From: Acidobacteriota bacterium
GTDB taxonomy: Bacteria; Acidobacteriota; UBA890; WLXD01
Direction of reading: 5' to 3'
Assembly (NCBI GenBank): GCA_963666215.2
Contig: CAXWPL010000005.1
Span: 416,001 to 480,000 of the forward strand
DNA: 64,000 bases
Of the stretch, positions 1-9,754 are shown in pieces. Position 1 is the stretch's first letter. The number at the start of each line of letters is the position of its first letter. Position numbers and translations under genes: made by a program. The notes under the pieces were generated by a model. That model was not told the DNA's origin. It did no database searches and worked only from the letters and a program-made list of their open reading frames with translations.

Positions 1-1
1 G

Positions 2-79
2 CGCGCCTCGGTGCACTACTACAACACCGAGGACGAGGTGGAGCGCTTCGTGTCAGAGGTGGCCGAGCTCTCTCGCTGA
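2..79 (+). CDS. 3' end of aminotransferase class V / cysteine desulfurase-like protein (partial at window edge)
   Basis: Translates as RASVHYYNTEDEVERFVSEVAELSR*, the R-x-S-x-H-x-Y-N-T C-terminal motif of class V PLP enzymes. Confidence 0.75.
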   Translation, partial: RASVHYYNTEDEVERFVSEVAELSR

Positions 80-175
80 ACAGCGTTTCCGATGGGGAAG
101 TTGCCGGACACGACCGCGGAGTCGCCCTCCGAGAGCCTGACTCGCACCGGATACCAGCTGGCCGTTGCAGTCGGA

Positions 176-3100
176 TCATGGTTGCTCGGCGCTGATCGGC
201 AGCAGCGGTTCGAGCTCCGGAGCCGGCAGCGCGCTCGCCGACAGCACCCGGTACAGCTCCGGCAGCGCCTCGGCGATCAGCCGGTTCACCTCTTGCACGA
301 CCGCTTCCAGATCGGTGCGCGCCTGGGCGAGCGAGCGCTGCTGAATCTCCGTGGGGAACGTCGTCGAGCCCATGATGTCGCCCTTCACGGACGCCAGGTC
401 GCGGACGACGTTCTCCCGGCGCCGTGGACCACCGGCGGCGAGCCGAGTCTCCACCTCGGCCAGCGCGGTCTCCAGCGATTCCACGGCCTCCGTCAGGGCG
501 GCCGGCACCTCACGTGCGGTGGCCACCGCGGTGCGGATGGCCTCGAGGTTGCGCCGTAGCGACTCGGCCGTCGTCGTCGCCCGCCGCGCCAGATCCTGGA
601 GCGTGTGGGCCTCCAACGCGGCGTCGTGCCAGGCGCGCCGATCCGCCGGCGAGATCTCCACCCAGGGGTCGGGCAGCACCTCGAAGTCCCGTATCCCGAC
701 ATCGCGCCCGTCCACCTCCAGGCGAAGGGTGTAGCGGCCGGGAAGGACGAACGGCCCCGTTGCGATGTCCAGAAGCTCCCTTCCGATGCTCCGGAACGAG
801 TGTGACCGGGTCTGCGGCCTGCCGAAGTACGGCTGCGTCACCTCGACCCCGGTGTCGACCTCGCCGTTCACGGCAAGTGGGGCGAGTGGGGCAAGCGGCT
901 CGTGGCGCAAGTCCCACTGCATCCGGTGCACGCCCGGCCCATGCATGGCGGAGGCACTCGGTCGTAGACGACGGACGATCTCGCCGCCGGCGTCCCGGAC
1001 AGCGATCTCGATGGCCTCGGCGGGCTGGCCGAGTTGGTAGCTGACGATGGCCCCGAACGGCGAGTTCTCGCCCAGAAACTCACGATCCCCCACCATCCAC
1101 CAGCGGTCGTGAGCGCGGTTGAACTGGACCGCATCGCGCACCGCGAACAGATAATGGCCGTCGTTCGAGGGATCCACCGAGTTCGACGGATCCGACGGAT
1201 CCGACAGATCCAACGGGTTCAACGCCGCCGCCTCCTGCATCGGTCCGAGATCGTCCAGGATCCAGATGCTGCGGCCGTGGGTGGCGAGGATCATGTCGTT
1301 CTCGCGCGGGTGCAGCGCGATCTCGTAGATCGGCACCGTCGGCAGGTTGGCACGCCAGCGCCGCCACGCGCCGCCGCCATCCCGGGAGAAGAACAGGCCG
1401 AGCTCGGTGCCCGCGTACAGCACGTCGGGGTTGACCAGATCCTCGGCAAGGCAGCGCACCGCGTGGCCCTCCGGGATCCCGTCGGTAATGCGTCGCCATG
1501 TTTCGCCGGAGTCCGTGGTGACGTAGACGTGCGGCGTCATGTCCTCGCCACGATGGCCGTCGAAGGTAGCGTAGGCGGTGCCGGGGGCGTGTGCCGACGC
1601 CACCAGATCGGACACCCAGGTGCGCGGCGGCAGCCCCGGAAACCGGTCGCCGATCGCCTGCCAGGTGTTGCCGCCATCGCGGCTGACCTGGACGCTGCCG
1701 TCGTCGGCGCCGGTGTAGTAGAGGCCCGGCATCAGAGGCGACTCCGTGATCGCCGTCAGCGTCCCGTAGGCCGACACGCCGTCGTGCTTGGCGATGGTGA
1801 TCTCGCTGCCGAGCACCCCCATGATCGACAGCTCCTCGCGATCGATCGCGGCGGTGAGGTCGGGGCTGACCGCCGTCCAGGAGTGGCCGCGGTCGGTGGA
1901 CCGGAACAACCTGTTGGCGCCCATCAGCAGGGTGTCGGAGTCGTGCGGCGAGAGCATCATCGGCGTGTCCCAGTTCCACCGCAGCTCCGGCTCTCCCTCA
2001 GCCAGGCGCGGACGGATCGGCTTGCGCTCGTTGGTGAGCCGGTCGACGCGAGCGACGTTGCCGTGCTGCGACTCGGCATAGATCGTGCGCGAGTCGTTCG
2101 GATCGGCGAAGGACGCGAAGCCGTCGCCTCCCGCCACCAGAAACCAGTCGCCATTGCGGATCCCGAGGTAGCTGCGCACCTCGTTCGGTCCGCCCCAGCC
2201 GATGTTGTCCTGCAATCCGAGATAGACGCGGTACGGCCAGTCCATGTCGAAGCCGACGCGATACAGCTGGCCGAGGTCCATGTTGTCGATGAAGTCCCAC
2301 GTCCTCGCCCCGTCCCGGGAGATGTAGACGCCGCCGTCGTTGCCGACGATCAGGTGGTCCGAGTCGGCGGGATCGATCCACATCGCATGCTGGTCGGTGT
2401 GCAGCGACGAGTTGTAGGTGGCCGTCGGCCCCATGAGTCCCTGCTGAACGGCGTTGCGGTAGGTGACGAAGGTTCGGCCGCCGTCGTCGGAGACGTGCAG
2501 GCTCACCCCGAGCACGTAGACGCGATGTTGATCGCGTGGATCGACCCGCACCTGACTGAAAAACATGGGACGCGGGTTGAGCTCGGATATCCGCCTCCAG
2601 CTCGCACCACCGTCGTCCGTCCGATACAGGCCGCCCTCGTCGGCGTGCTCCACCGTGGCGTACACGACGCGCGGGTCGGCCCGGTACACGTCGAGGGCGA
2701 TGCGCCCCATGGGTCCCTCGGGCAGCCCAACTGTCAGGCGCGTCCAGGTTCTGCCGCCGTCGGTGGTCTTGAAGATGCCGCTGCCGGGCCCGCCGCCGTT
2801 GAACCCCCAGGCGGTGCGTCGCCGCTGGTAGGTGGCCGCGTACACCACGTCGGGGTTGGCCGGATCCATCGCCAGGTCGGTAGCGCCGGTGTCCTCGTCG
2901 ATGAATAACACCTTGTCCCACGACTGGCCGCCGTCGCGGGTGCGATAGACGCCGCGTTCAGAGCTCGGCCCCCAGAGGCGTCCGGTGGCGGCAACCCAGA
3001 CGACGTCCGTGTCGTCCGGGTCGATCAGCACTCGGCCGATGTGATGGCTGTCCGCGAGCCCCATGTGCTCCCACGTGTGACCGCCATCGGTCGACTTGTA

Positions 3101-3535
3101 GACGCCGTTGCCCCACGAGGAGCTGTTGCGATTGTTGTTCTCCCCCGAGCCCAGCCAGACCAGCTGCGGGTCATCAGCGGGAATGGCGATGTCGCCGATG
3201 GAAACGACGTCCGGCTGGTCGTCGAACAGCACCTCCCAGGTGGTGCCGCCGTTGGTGGTTTTCCAGAGGCCGCCCGTCGCGGCGGCAACATAGAAGGTGG
3301 ACGGATCGGTCTCCAGGACCGCGACATCGTCGATCCGCCCCGACATCGCCGCCGGGCCGATGGCCCGGAACGACAGGCCGTTGAAACGATGATCGAGAGA
3401 AGCAGCGGTGGTCGCGGCGCCACCGTCCGGTTGCTCCGCCTGCACGCCTCGCGCGAGCTCCGGGCCACCGGAAACACCGGAAAGAACGGCGGCACTCAAG
3501 ACCAGGAGGACAACTCGGGTGCGAAATCGCATCAT
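176..3535 (-). CDS. Secreted VPS10/sortilin-like BNR-repeat beta-propeller (glycosyl hydrolase-like)
   Basis: Signal peptide MMRFRTRVVLLVLS; FRAIGPAAMSGRI start motif; many (S/T)xDGGxxW Asp-boxes; C-terminal coiled coil. Start trimmed from the 4057 ORF call, which overlaps the M28 gene. Confidence 0.85.
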   Translation of the reverse strand: MMRFRTRVVLLVLSAAVLSGVSGGPELARGVQAEQPDGGAATTAASLDHRFNGLSFRAIGPAAMSGRIDDVAVLETDPSTFYVAAATGGLWKTTNGGTTWEVLFDDQPDVVSIGDIAIPADDPQLVWLGSGENNNRNSSSWGNGVYKSTDGGHTWEHMGLADSHHIGRVLIDPDDTDVVWVAATGRLWGPSSERGVYRTRDGGQSWDKVLFIDEDTGATDLAMDPANPDVVYAATYQRRRTAWGFNGGGPGSGIFKTTDGGRTWTRLTVGLPEGPMGRIALDVYRADPRVVYATVEHADEGGLYRTDDGGASWRRISELNPRPMFFSQVRVDPRDQHRVYVLGVSLHVSDDGGRTFVTYRNAVQQGLMGPTATYNSSLHTDQHAMWIDPADSDHLIVGNDGGVYISRDGARTWDFIDNMDLGQLYRVGFDMDWPYRVYLGLQDNIGWGGPNEVRSYLGIRNGDWFLVAGGDGFASFADPNDSRTIYAESQHGNVARVDRLTNERKPIRPRLAEGEPELRWNWDTPMMLSPHDSDTLLMGANRLFRSTDRGHSWTAVSPDLTAAIDREELSIMGVLGSEITIAKHDGVSAYGTLTAITESPLMPGLYYTGADDGSVQVSRDGGNTWQAIGDRFPGLPPRTWVSDLVASAHAPGTAYATFDGHRGEDMTPHVYVTTDSGETWRRITDGIPEGHAVRCLAEDLVNPDVLYAGTELGLFFSRDGGGAWRRWRANLPTVPIYEIALHPRENDMILATHGRSIWILDDLGPMQEAAALNPLDLSDPSDPSNSVDPSNDGHYLFAVRDAVQFNRAHDRWWMVGDREFLGENSPFGAIVSYQLGQPAEAIEIAVRDAGGEIVRRLRPSASAMHGPGVHRMQWDLRHEPLAPLAPLAVNGEVDTGVEVTQPYFGRPQTRSHSFRSIGRELLDIATGPFVLPGRYTLRLEVDGRDVGIRDFEVLPDPWVEISPADRRAWHDAALEAHTLQDLARRATTTAESLRRNLEAIRTAVATAREVPAALTEAVESLETALAEVETRLAAGGPRRRENVVRDLASVKGDIMGSTTFPTEIQQRSLAQARTDLEAVVQEVNRLIAEALPELYRVLSASALPAPELEPLLPISAEQP

Positions 3536-3599
3536 CGACTCTTTTTTGGACATCGGCGCTCGGTGACCATCTACTGACTCCGGGAGGCTCTCCCGGGAG

Positions 3600-5333
3600 T
3601 CACCTGCCGACCGGAAGCGTATCGCCGAAAAAATAGGGTTGATCAGGACTTCGCCGTGTCTGGGAGACCGGCGCGTCAGCGTCCATTCGGGGCATCCCGT
3701 CGCCGTTCGCCAGGTCCCAGGCGAGCCTAACCGAAAGGGCGGCCATGTTCGCCGGCGATTCCAGGCTCCAGGCAGGGTCGGAGTTGTCCCGCTGACGATG
3801 GTTGACATTGTCCAGGTAACGGACCCACATGTCTCGCCCGCGCTCCGGATCTCCTGCAATCGTGAAACCCGGCATGAGGTACAAGCCCGGAACGCCCGCG
3901 AGGATGAATGAGTATTGATCCGATCGGAACAGCAGCATCTGCGCGGGCCCGAAGGGAGCTCGGTGCTCGCGTTCCAGGAACATGCCGGCGGCCTCCGCGG
4001 CGCGGTCGAGCCGCTCCTCGAGTGCCGTGGACAGCTCGGCGCCGAACGCTTGAACATCGCCGGTGGCCGCGCCGCTGAGGCCGCCGTCGTGGTTGATCAC
4101 CGCCACCGTGTTCTCGATGGCAAACACCGGGTGGCGGACGTAGTACCAGGACCCCAGCAGCCCGCCCTCTTCGGCGCCGACAGCGATGAACCCCACGGAG
4201 CGCCGCGGCGACAGCATCGCCATCGCCTCGGCGGCGGCCAGCATCTTCGCCGTCCCGAGGGCATTGTCGTGGGTGCCGTTGTAGATTCGGTCCCCGCTCT
4301 CGTCCGGCTCGCCGATGCCTACATGGTCGAGATGCGAGGTGATCATGACGATCTCCCCGGAAACCTCGGGGTCGCTGCCACCGACGACGCCCATGACGTT
4401 CCAGCTGCGGCCGCGATTGACCACGCGCTCACGGGTGATGGTCACCGCGCCGAGGGCCCGGGCCGCGACACCGATCTCGGCTTGCTGCAACAGCTCCTCA
4501 CGGGAGAGGCCCCACTCCCCCCACACACGCTCCGTCGCGGCGGGGCCTACGACCACGTCCGCGCGCAGCGACGCGGCGGTCCCGTCCGCCAGAACACGCA
4601 GCGGCCGGCGGCGGTTCCGGGTCGCCTCCCAGGCAGCAAGTGATTCGGGAGTAGCAGCCCGGCGCTGCAACTCGACGACCGCGACGGCTCCGAGCCGATG
4701 GGCGATCTCGGTCTTCAGGCGGGTCAGATGGGCACGATCCGGATCTGCCTCCCAGCCCTCCGGCCACCCGGCCACGAGGAAGACGATCTTGCCCTCGACA
4801 TCGAGGCCGCCGTAGTCCTGGCGACCGTCGACGGGTAGCCCGTAACCGGCAAAGATGCCCTCGCCGGCGATCTCGGGCCGCTCGTCCAGCCAGTCCGGTG
4901 TGAAGATCGCGTCGCTGCCCTTAAGGAGCAGGCCACCCACTTCAAGGGAGCTGCCGTGATCTTCGCCCGCCTCGAGAATGTCGAAGGGCTGGAGGTAGGA
5001 GGCGCCATCGATGGGCTGCAGCCCCATGCGGTCGAACTGGCCGGCGACGTACTCGCGGGCGATCTCGTAGCCGACGTCGCCGGTGTCGCGCCCGCGCAGC
5101 AGATCGTGCGACAGGAACATCATGTGGCCGCGAACAATGCGCGGATCGATCCTCGCCAACGCGGTCTCCAGCCCCGCGTCCCCGCCCGGACCGAGCTCCG
5201 AGACCGATCCCGCGCAGCCGGTCGCGGCGGCGACGATACTCCACGCCAGCGCCGTCTGCGCTCTCAGGCTGAAGGTCGCCGGGCGCCTATTCGACAAGGT
5301 AGAAGGACTCCTGTCGGGGCCGGAAGAAGACAT
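3600..5333 (-). CDS. M28 family metallopeptidase with PA domain (probable lipoprotein)
   Basis: SHDLLRGRDTG, ITSHLDHVG, NGTHDNALG, GAEEGGLLGS, RSDQYSF, HRQRD motifs; lipobox-like ATGC; true start uncertain. Confidence 0.85.
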   Translation of the reverse strand: MSSSGPDRSPSTLSNRRPATFSLRAQTALAWSIVAAATGCAGSVSELGPGGDAGLETALARIDPRIVRGHMMFLSHDLLRGRDTGDVGYEIAREYVAGQFDRMGLQPIDGASYLQPFDILEAGEDHGSSLEVGGLLLKGSDAIFTPDWLDERPEIAGEGIFAGYGLPVDGRQDYGGLDVEGKIVFLVAGWPEGWEADPDRAHLTRLKTEIAHRLGAVAVVELQRRAATPESLAAWEATRNRRRPLRVLADGTAASLRADVVVGPAATERVWGEWGLSREELLQQAEIGVAARALGAVTITRERVVNRGRSWNVMGVVGGSDPEVSGEIVMITSHLDHVGIGEPDESGDRIYNGTHDNALGTAKMLAAAEAMAMLSPRRSVGFIAVGAEEGGLLGSWYYVRHPVFAIENTVAVINHDGGLSGAATGDVQAFGAELSTALEERLDRAAEAAGMFLEREHRAPFGPAQMLLFRSDQYSFILAGVPGLYLMPGFTIAGDPERGRDMWVRYLDNVNHRQRDNSDPAWSLESPANMAALSVRLAWDLANGDGMPRMDADAPVSQTRRSPDQPYFFGDTLPVGR

Positions 5334-6684
5334 AGCCGTTGTCGGTCAGGTAGGCCGGATCCTCCATCATGATGTAGACCTCTTGACCATCCCACTCCGC
5401 CACCGGCGTGAGCGTGTTGAGCTCGATCGACATGTAGGAGCTCGGCCGCAACAACTTCGCCAGGCGGCCCTCATCGCCGCGGCTGGCGGACCGGAAGTCG
5501 ATGCTCGCGCCAACGCCGTGGCCGTGGTTGCCGAGCGGATGGGAGTAGATCTGGGCCTTGATGCCCCTCTCCTCCATCTTCGCCATCGCCGCCTCGTAGA
5601 CCTCGCCGGCGGCAAGACCCGGCCGCGCCACGCCGGTCAGCGCGTCCTGCAGCGCGTTGGTGTTGGCCATGGCCGCCCGCAAGCCGGCCGGCGCCCCGCT
5701 CTCCCCCTCACGCAGCACGTAGGCCTTCTTTTGCCAGTCGGTATCGAAACCCATGCCGGAAACGCCGAAGTCCAGGTGCAATACATCACCGCGCTCGATC
5801 ACCCATGCCTCCGGGGCAACGGCGAGGAAGCCCCGGGAAGTGTCGTTCTCCATCCTGCGCCGCTGCAACCGCAGGTCGGGCTGGAACCAGGTGCCCACCC
5901 GCCGCTCCCAGAGCGCGTCGTACAGCCACTCGCGCACTTCGCCGATCGTCGTGACCCCGGGCGTGATCACCTCGTTGGATAGTGCGCGACGGGCAATCTC
6001 CTCGGTGACATGAACGAGGGTGCGGTAGTAGGGAAGCTCCTCGGGGATGCGGGTGTCCAGGTACTCCTCGATCAGGTCGTCGGCGCCGACGAACCGCTCT
6101 GTTGCCTCCGGCCCCATCGTCTCGCTCAGGAACGCGTAGCTGAAATGGGTCAACGAGTGCATCACGCCCCTGCGGCCGCCGATACCGAGCCCGATGCGCC
6201 GCGGCCGATAGGTCTCGTACAGCTCCGGAAGCACCTGGGTCGCCGGTCGGGGCTCGTCCGGCGACTCGAAGAAGCCCTTCAGGTTGTCCTCCGAGAAGCC
6301 GGTGATCGCGACCTTGCGCAGGCCCGCGTCGCCCGCTCCGGTGTCCACGAAGACGAAAATGTCACGACCGCCGGTATAGGGACGCGGCGGCGCCACGTAC
6401 TCGGTGAGCGGATCGTCGTGAAACTCCTCGTTGACGACGATCCACATCTGCAGGTCGTGCTTGCGCATGAGCGGCAGAATCATGTCGTGGCGCTGCCGCA
6501 GCCAGCCCTCGCGGATCTCGATCTGCTCGGACCACGCTGGCAGCTCGGGAGCCTCGTCGGCGATCGCCGCGGTCACACCGGTCGCCACCTCGTCCGCCGG
6601 CGCACAGGCGCCCGAGAACACGAGAGCGATCGTGCTCAGGACGACGACACGGGATGGAGCAGAATCACGTTCGGTCGGGTGCAT
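5287..6684 (-). CDS. M24 family (Xaa-Pro) metallopeptidase, lipoprotein
   Basis: GDVLHLDFG, TDWQKKAY, YSHPLGNHGHG, SIELN, MEDPA metal ligands; lipobox FSGAC. Confidence 0.85.
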   Translation of the reverse strand: MHPTERDSAPSRVVVLSTIALVFSGACAPADEVATGVTAAIADEAPELPAWSEQIEIREGWLRQRHDMILPLMRKHDLQMWIVVNEEFHDDPLTEYVAPPRPYTGGRDIFVFVDTGAGDAGLRKVAITGFSEDNLKGFFESPDEPRPATQVLPELYETYRPRRIGLGIGGRRGVMHSLTHFSYAFLSETMGPEATERFVGADDLIEEYLDTRIPEELPYYRTLVHVTEEIARRALSNEVITPGVTTIGEVREWLYDALWERRVGTWFQPDLRLQRRRMENDTSRGFLAVAPEAWVIERGDVLHLDFGVSGMGFDTDWQKKAYVLREGESGAPAGLRAAMANTNALQDALTGVARPGLAAGEVYEAAMAKMEERGIKAQIYSHPLGNHGHGVGASIDFRSASRGDEGRLAKLLRPSSYMSIELNTLTPVAEWDGQEVYIMMEDPAYLTDNGYVFFRPRQESFYLVE

Positions 6685-7077
6685 CTCGATCCTCGTCAAC
6701 TCGATCCTCGCTGTTGTGACCCGTCTGTCGCGCTCGAGCAGGGGATCCCCGCTCGATGCAGAGCCGGACCTGGTCCCACGGTCAGCGCCTCGTCTTATCT
6801 GAGTGAACCGGTGCTGACAAGGGGCGGTGGAAGCTGTCGTGTCCATTCAGATTGCTGCCGCGATCCGCAAAGCCACTTGGGAAGCCGCTGTGCGGCCCCC
6901 ACGAGTTCCCACCGCACTCCTGCTACGACCTCAAATCCAGGCGTTCAACTGTTCACGGAACCGGGGCGACTCCACCCGGAGACTGCATGCTCCCGCGGAT
7001 AGCTTCCCTGCCCCCGACGAGGCGGCCGTTCAGGCCAGTCCGGAAGACTCGCTACCGATGCCGAGAATGCGAAGCGT

Positions 7078-7420
7078 CTACTGCCTGGGCAGGGTGATCC
7101 GGCGGATGAAGACCGGGTTGAGCGTGTTCAAGTTGCTGGTGCTGCTCACCTGGCTGCTGACGTACAGCACGTCACCGGCGGGGCTGGCGCCGAGGGCGAA
7201 CGGCAGCGAGAACATCGCCGCCCCGCCGGCACCGTCGGCGCTGCCGCGTTGGCCTGTTCCGGCAACCAGGTTCACCTCGCCATCGAGCGATACTCGGTAC
7301 ACTGCGTGGCCTGCGCGCGACACCGCGTAGATCTCGCCGGCGACATACTTGCAGGCGCCGCTGCCGTCGCCCGGCACGTTGGCGAGGTGCGAGATGGCGC
7401 CATTGGGAGCAATCCGGAAG
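7078..7420 (-). pseudogene. C-terminal fragment of NHL-repeat/beta-propeller protein
   Basis: VAGTGQRGSADGAGGAAMFSLPFAL is NHL-like; the 5' part is replaced by IS1182 sequence at ~7421. Confidence 0.65.
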
Positions 7421-7702
7421 ATGGGGTTCCGGGAGTTCTCCATGCGGGGGACCGGGAAGGCTCAGGGCGAGTGGAAGCTCGTGTGTACGGCCCACAATCT
7501 GCTGAAGTTGTTCCGCAACGGAGTGAGCATGGCGCCGCGGCCCTCCGGGGAACTACTCCACAGCGCCGCAGCCGCTTGAAAGTGCCGTCGCGCCAGCTCG
7601 GCTATGCCGTCGTAGGGCGCCAATCTCTACGACATCTCCGTCTTCGCCAACTCGCCGCTTCGACCCACCTTGCGTCTATCCGATACCCGGACGGACTCCT
7701 AG
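7421..7702 (+). mobile_element. IS1182-family remnant (transposase C-terminus plus right end)
   Basis: MGFREFSMRGTGKAQGEWKLVCTAHNLLKLFR matches the IS1182 transposase C-terminus (stop 7579); ends in CGGACGGACTCCTAG. Confidence 0.75.
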
Positions 7703-7822
7703 GTAGACCTCGCCCATACCGCCAGCGCCGAGCTGCTCCCTGATCTCGTCGCATCGGACTCGAAATCCGGTGAGCTTACGCTCTTGAGGGTTCAAGTCGG
7801 GAAGCAGCCGGCTCACATAGCG

Positions 7823-9367
7823 CTAGGCGCGAACCGCGCCACCGATCTTCTTGAGATAGGCGTTGGGATCGTGATGCAGCGCCCCGGCGGGCAGGAACTC
7901 CCAGAGCGGCCCGAGATCGCGCTGCACGCGATCGACGTAGAACGGCGGGATCTGTTCGGTGTCACCTTCGAAGAAGTCCCGCACCTGCTTGTCTGAGTCG
8001 AGCAAGCGTCGCACGGTCGAGTAGTACTTGATGCGCCCGTAGCCTTCCGAGGAGACGGCGCGAATGACATTCATCCAGGCGGCGAAGCAGGATTTGCTCG
8101 CCAGCGCGCGCCGCCTGATGCTGCGTCGCGAGAACGAGTACTTCGTCAGGTCGATGAGGTTGTCGTAGAAATCCGCCCAGCCGTAGTTCTTCGGCGTGAC
8201 GTTCATCGCCTGGTTGTTGTTGAGGAAGTGAAACGGAAACGGTAAGACGCGACCGTCGCGCTGCATGTCCAAGTTGAGCGGCGCCGCCTGGCCGAACGCC
8301 GACAGCAGCGAGTAGGCCGGGAACGTCGCCGGTGTCTTGTCGATGAACCGCTTCGTCAACTCGAACGGCTCGCGGCCGGCGTCGTCGTCGAGGCCGACCA
8401 CGAAGTTCGTTTGCACGTACGGGATGTACCGACCGATCAGGTTCACGTGCTCCGAGACATGATTGACCTTCGCCATACCGAACGTATTGCCGGTCTTGGA
8501 CTTGTCGCCGAGGCTGTACCACGACTCGATGCCGGGAAGCATCGCCTTGAACCCGGCCTTGCGTAGCCGTCGCAGGTTCGGCTCCGACAGCAACGACAAG
8601 CTGCTCTCGGCGCCGAACTTGAGCGTGCCCGGCTCAACGGCATCCTCGATCGCCGTCATGATCTCGTCGAAGCGAACGCCGAAGTTGGGATCGTGCCAAG
8701 CCACCCACGCGCTGGGCATCGTCTTTGCCAGGAAACGTAGGTCCTCGGTGATCTGTCGACGGTCGAGCGGCTGATAGTCGACTACCGAGTCAATGCAAAA
8801 GGCGCAGGTGTACGGGCAGCCCAGACTCGCGAGCATGGGCACGACCTTGACGTTGGTCGGAGCCTTGTTCAAGATCGGCTCGATGAACTTCCAGCGTTCC
8901 CTGACACCGGGAAGAAAGCGGGGCTGCAGCTTCGCGCTCAGCGCCACGCCGACCGGCCGGTGGGGGCTGCAGTCGGCCAGGATCTCGCCGACAAGTGCCT
9001 CGTCGGTGAACCCCACGACATAGTCGAAGTATTTGCACGCGTCCTCCGGATAGCAGCGCGCATGCGGCCCACCGAGCACCGTGACGACGCCGTGCTGGCG
9101 AAACAGGTTGCTCACGGCGTAGGCCAGCTGCGCTGCTTGAGTGAACGCGCCGACGAACAGCAAGTCGATGTCCGTGGACAGCTCCTCGATCAGGTCCTCG
9201 GCCCCGGTGAAACACACCAGCCTCACGTCGTGACCGGCGCGCTCGCACCAAACGGCTACGGCCTGCGGCATGATGCTGGCGAGGTTCGGGTGCATGACCC
9301 GTGCGTACAGCGCCTTGGTCGGCGCCCTGGCCACTAGATCGAGAATTCCGATTCGGAGTTTTCGCAA
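7823..9367 (-). CDS. B12-binding radical SAM protein
   Basis: CPYTCAFC (CxxxCxxC); N-terminal cobalamin domain with VLGGPHA; DPNFG, GIES motifs. Confidence 0.9.
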   Translation of the reverse strand: MRKLRIGILDLVARAPTKALYARVMHPNLASIMPQAVAVWCERAGHDVRLVCFTGAEDLIEELSTDIDLLFVGAFTQAAQLAYAVSNLFRQHGVVTVLGGPHARCYPEDACKYFDYVVGFTDEALVGEILADCSPHRPVGVALSAKLQPRFLPGVRERWKFIEPILNKAPTNVKVVPMLASLGCPYTCAFCIDSVVDYQPLDRRQITEDLRFLAKTMPSAWVAWHDPNFGVRFDEIMTAIEDAVEPGTLKFGAESSLSLLSEPNLRRLRKAGFKAMLPGIESWYSLGDKSKTGNTFGMAKVNHVSEHVNLIGRYIPYVQTNFVVGLDDDAGREPFELTKRFIDKTPATFPAYSLLSAFGQAAPLNLDMQRDGRVLPFPFHFLNNNQAMNVTPKNYGWADFYDNLIDLTKYSFSRRSIRRRALASKSCFAAWMNVIRAVSSEGYGRIKYYSTVRRLLDSDKQVRDFFEGDTEQIPPFYVDRVQRDLGPLWEFLPAGALHHDPNAYLKKIGGAVRA

Positions 9368-9482
9368 GATCGTCGTTTGGGTGCGAGGGTCTCGGACGCT
9401 GGCCCCGGGGTCCCGAGTCGAGGCGCAGCAGCGGGCGGTTCACTTGCCATTGACTCGCTCTTGGACAAGGAGCGCCCGAACC

Positions 9483-9750
9483 TTACCCCGCCGAGCCCCT
9501 GCGATCCACCTGGGCGACCGGTCGGCGCGCGACAGCGTGCGCGAGATCGGGGTCCCTCGGCTTGCGGAGGGCGATATACAGCTCTGCGTCGCGAGCAAAG
9601 AGCAGATGGCCCGAGGGCAGCAGCCGTGCTGCGTAACCGTTCTCGAGCACCGTCTGCAGGTCGTTGGACCCGGGTCGGTACAGGGTCCGTAAGACGCCCC
9701 GCCCCCACCTCGCCCATCCCGCCAACGCCCTGCGGTTCGAGGATCTCCGG
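9483..9750 (-). pseudogene. Collapsed Ser/Thr protein kinase remnant
   Basis: EILEPQGVGGMGEV (kinase Gly-loop) joined, in another frame, to ARLLPSGHLLFARD (TolB-like propeller tail of acidobacterial kinases). Confidence 0.55.
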
Positions 9751-9754
9751 CGGA

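Noticed and set aside
1165-1225. 9-bp tandem repeats (GACGGATCC-like); similar short repeats at ~875, ~24840, ~25462 and 30787-30820
   Set aside because: Unit lengths are multiples of three within coding linkers, so they are in-frame micro-duplications with no switching potential
1034-2908. Long antisense/alternate-frame ORFs (also 18004-19494, 34708-35949, 41723-43528, 46447-47526)
   Set aside because: Shadow ORFs opposite well-supported genes, expected at high GC; no recognisable motifs
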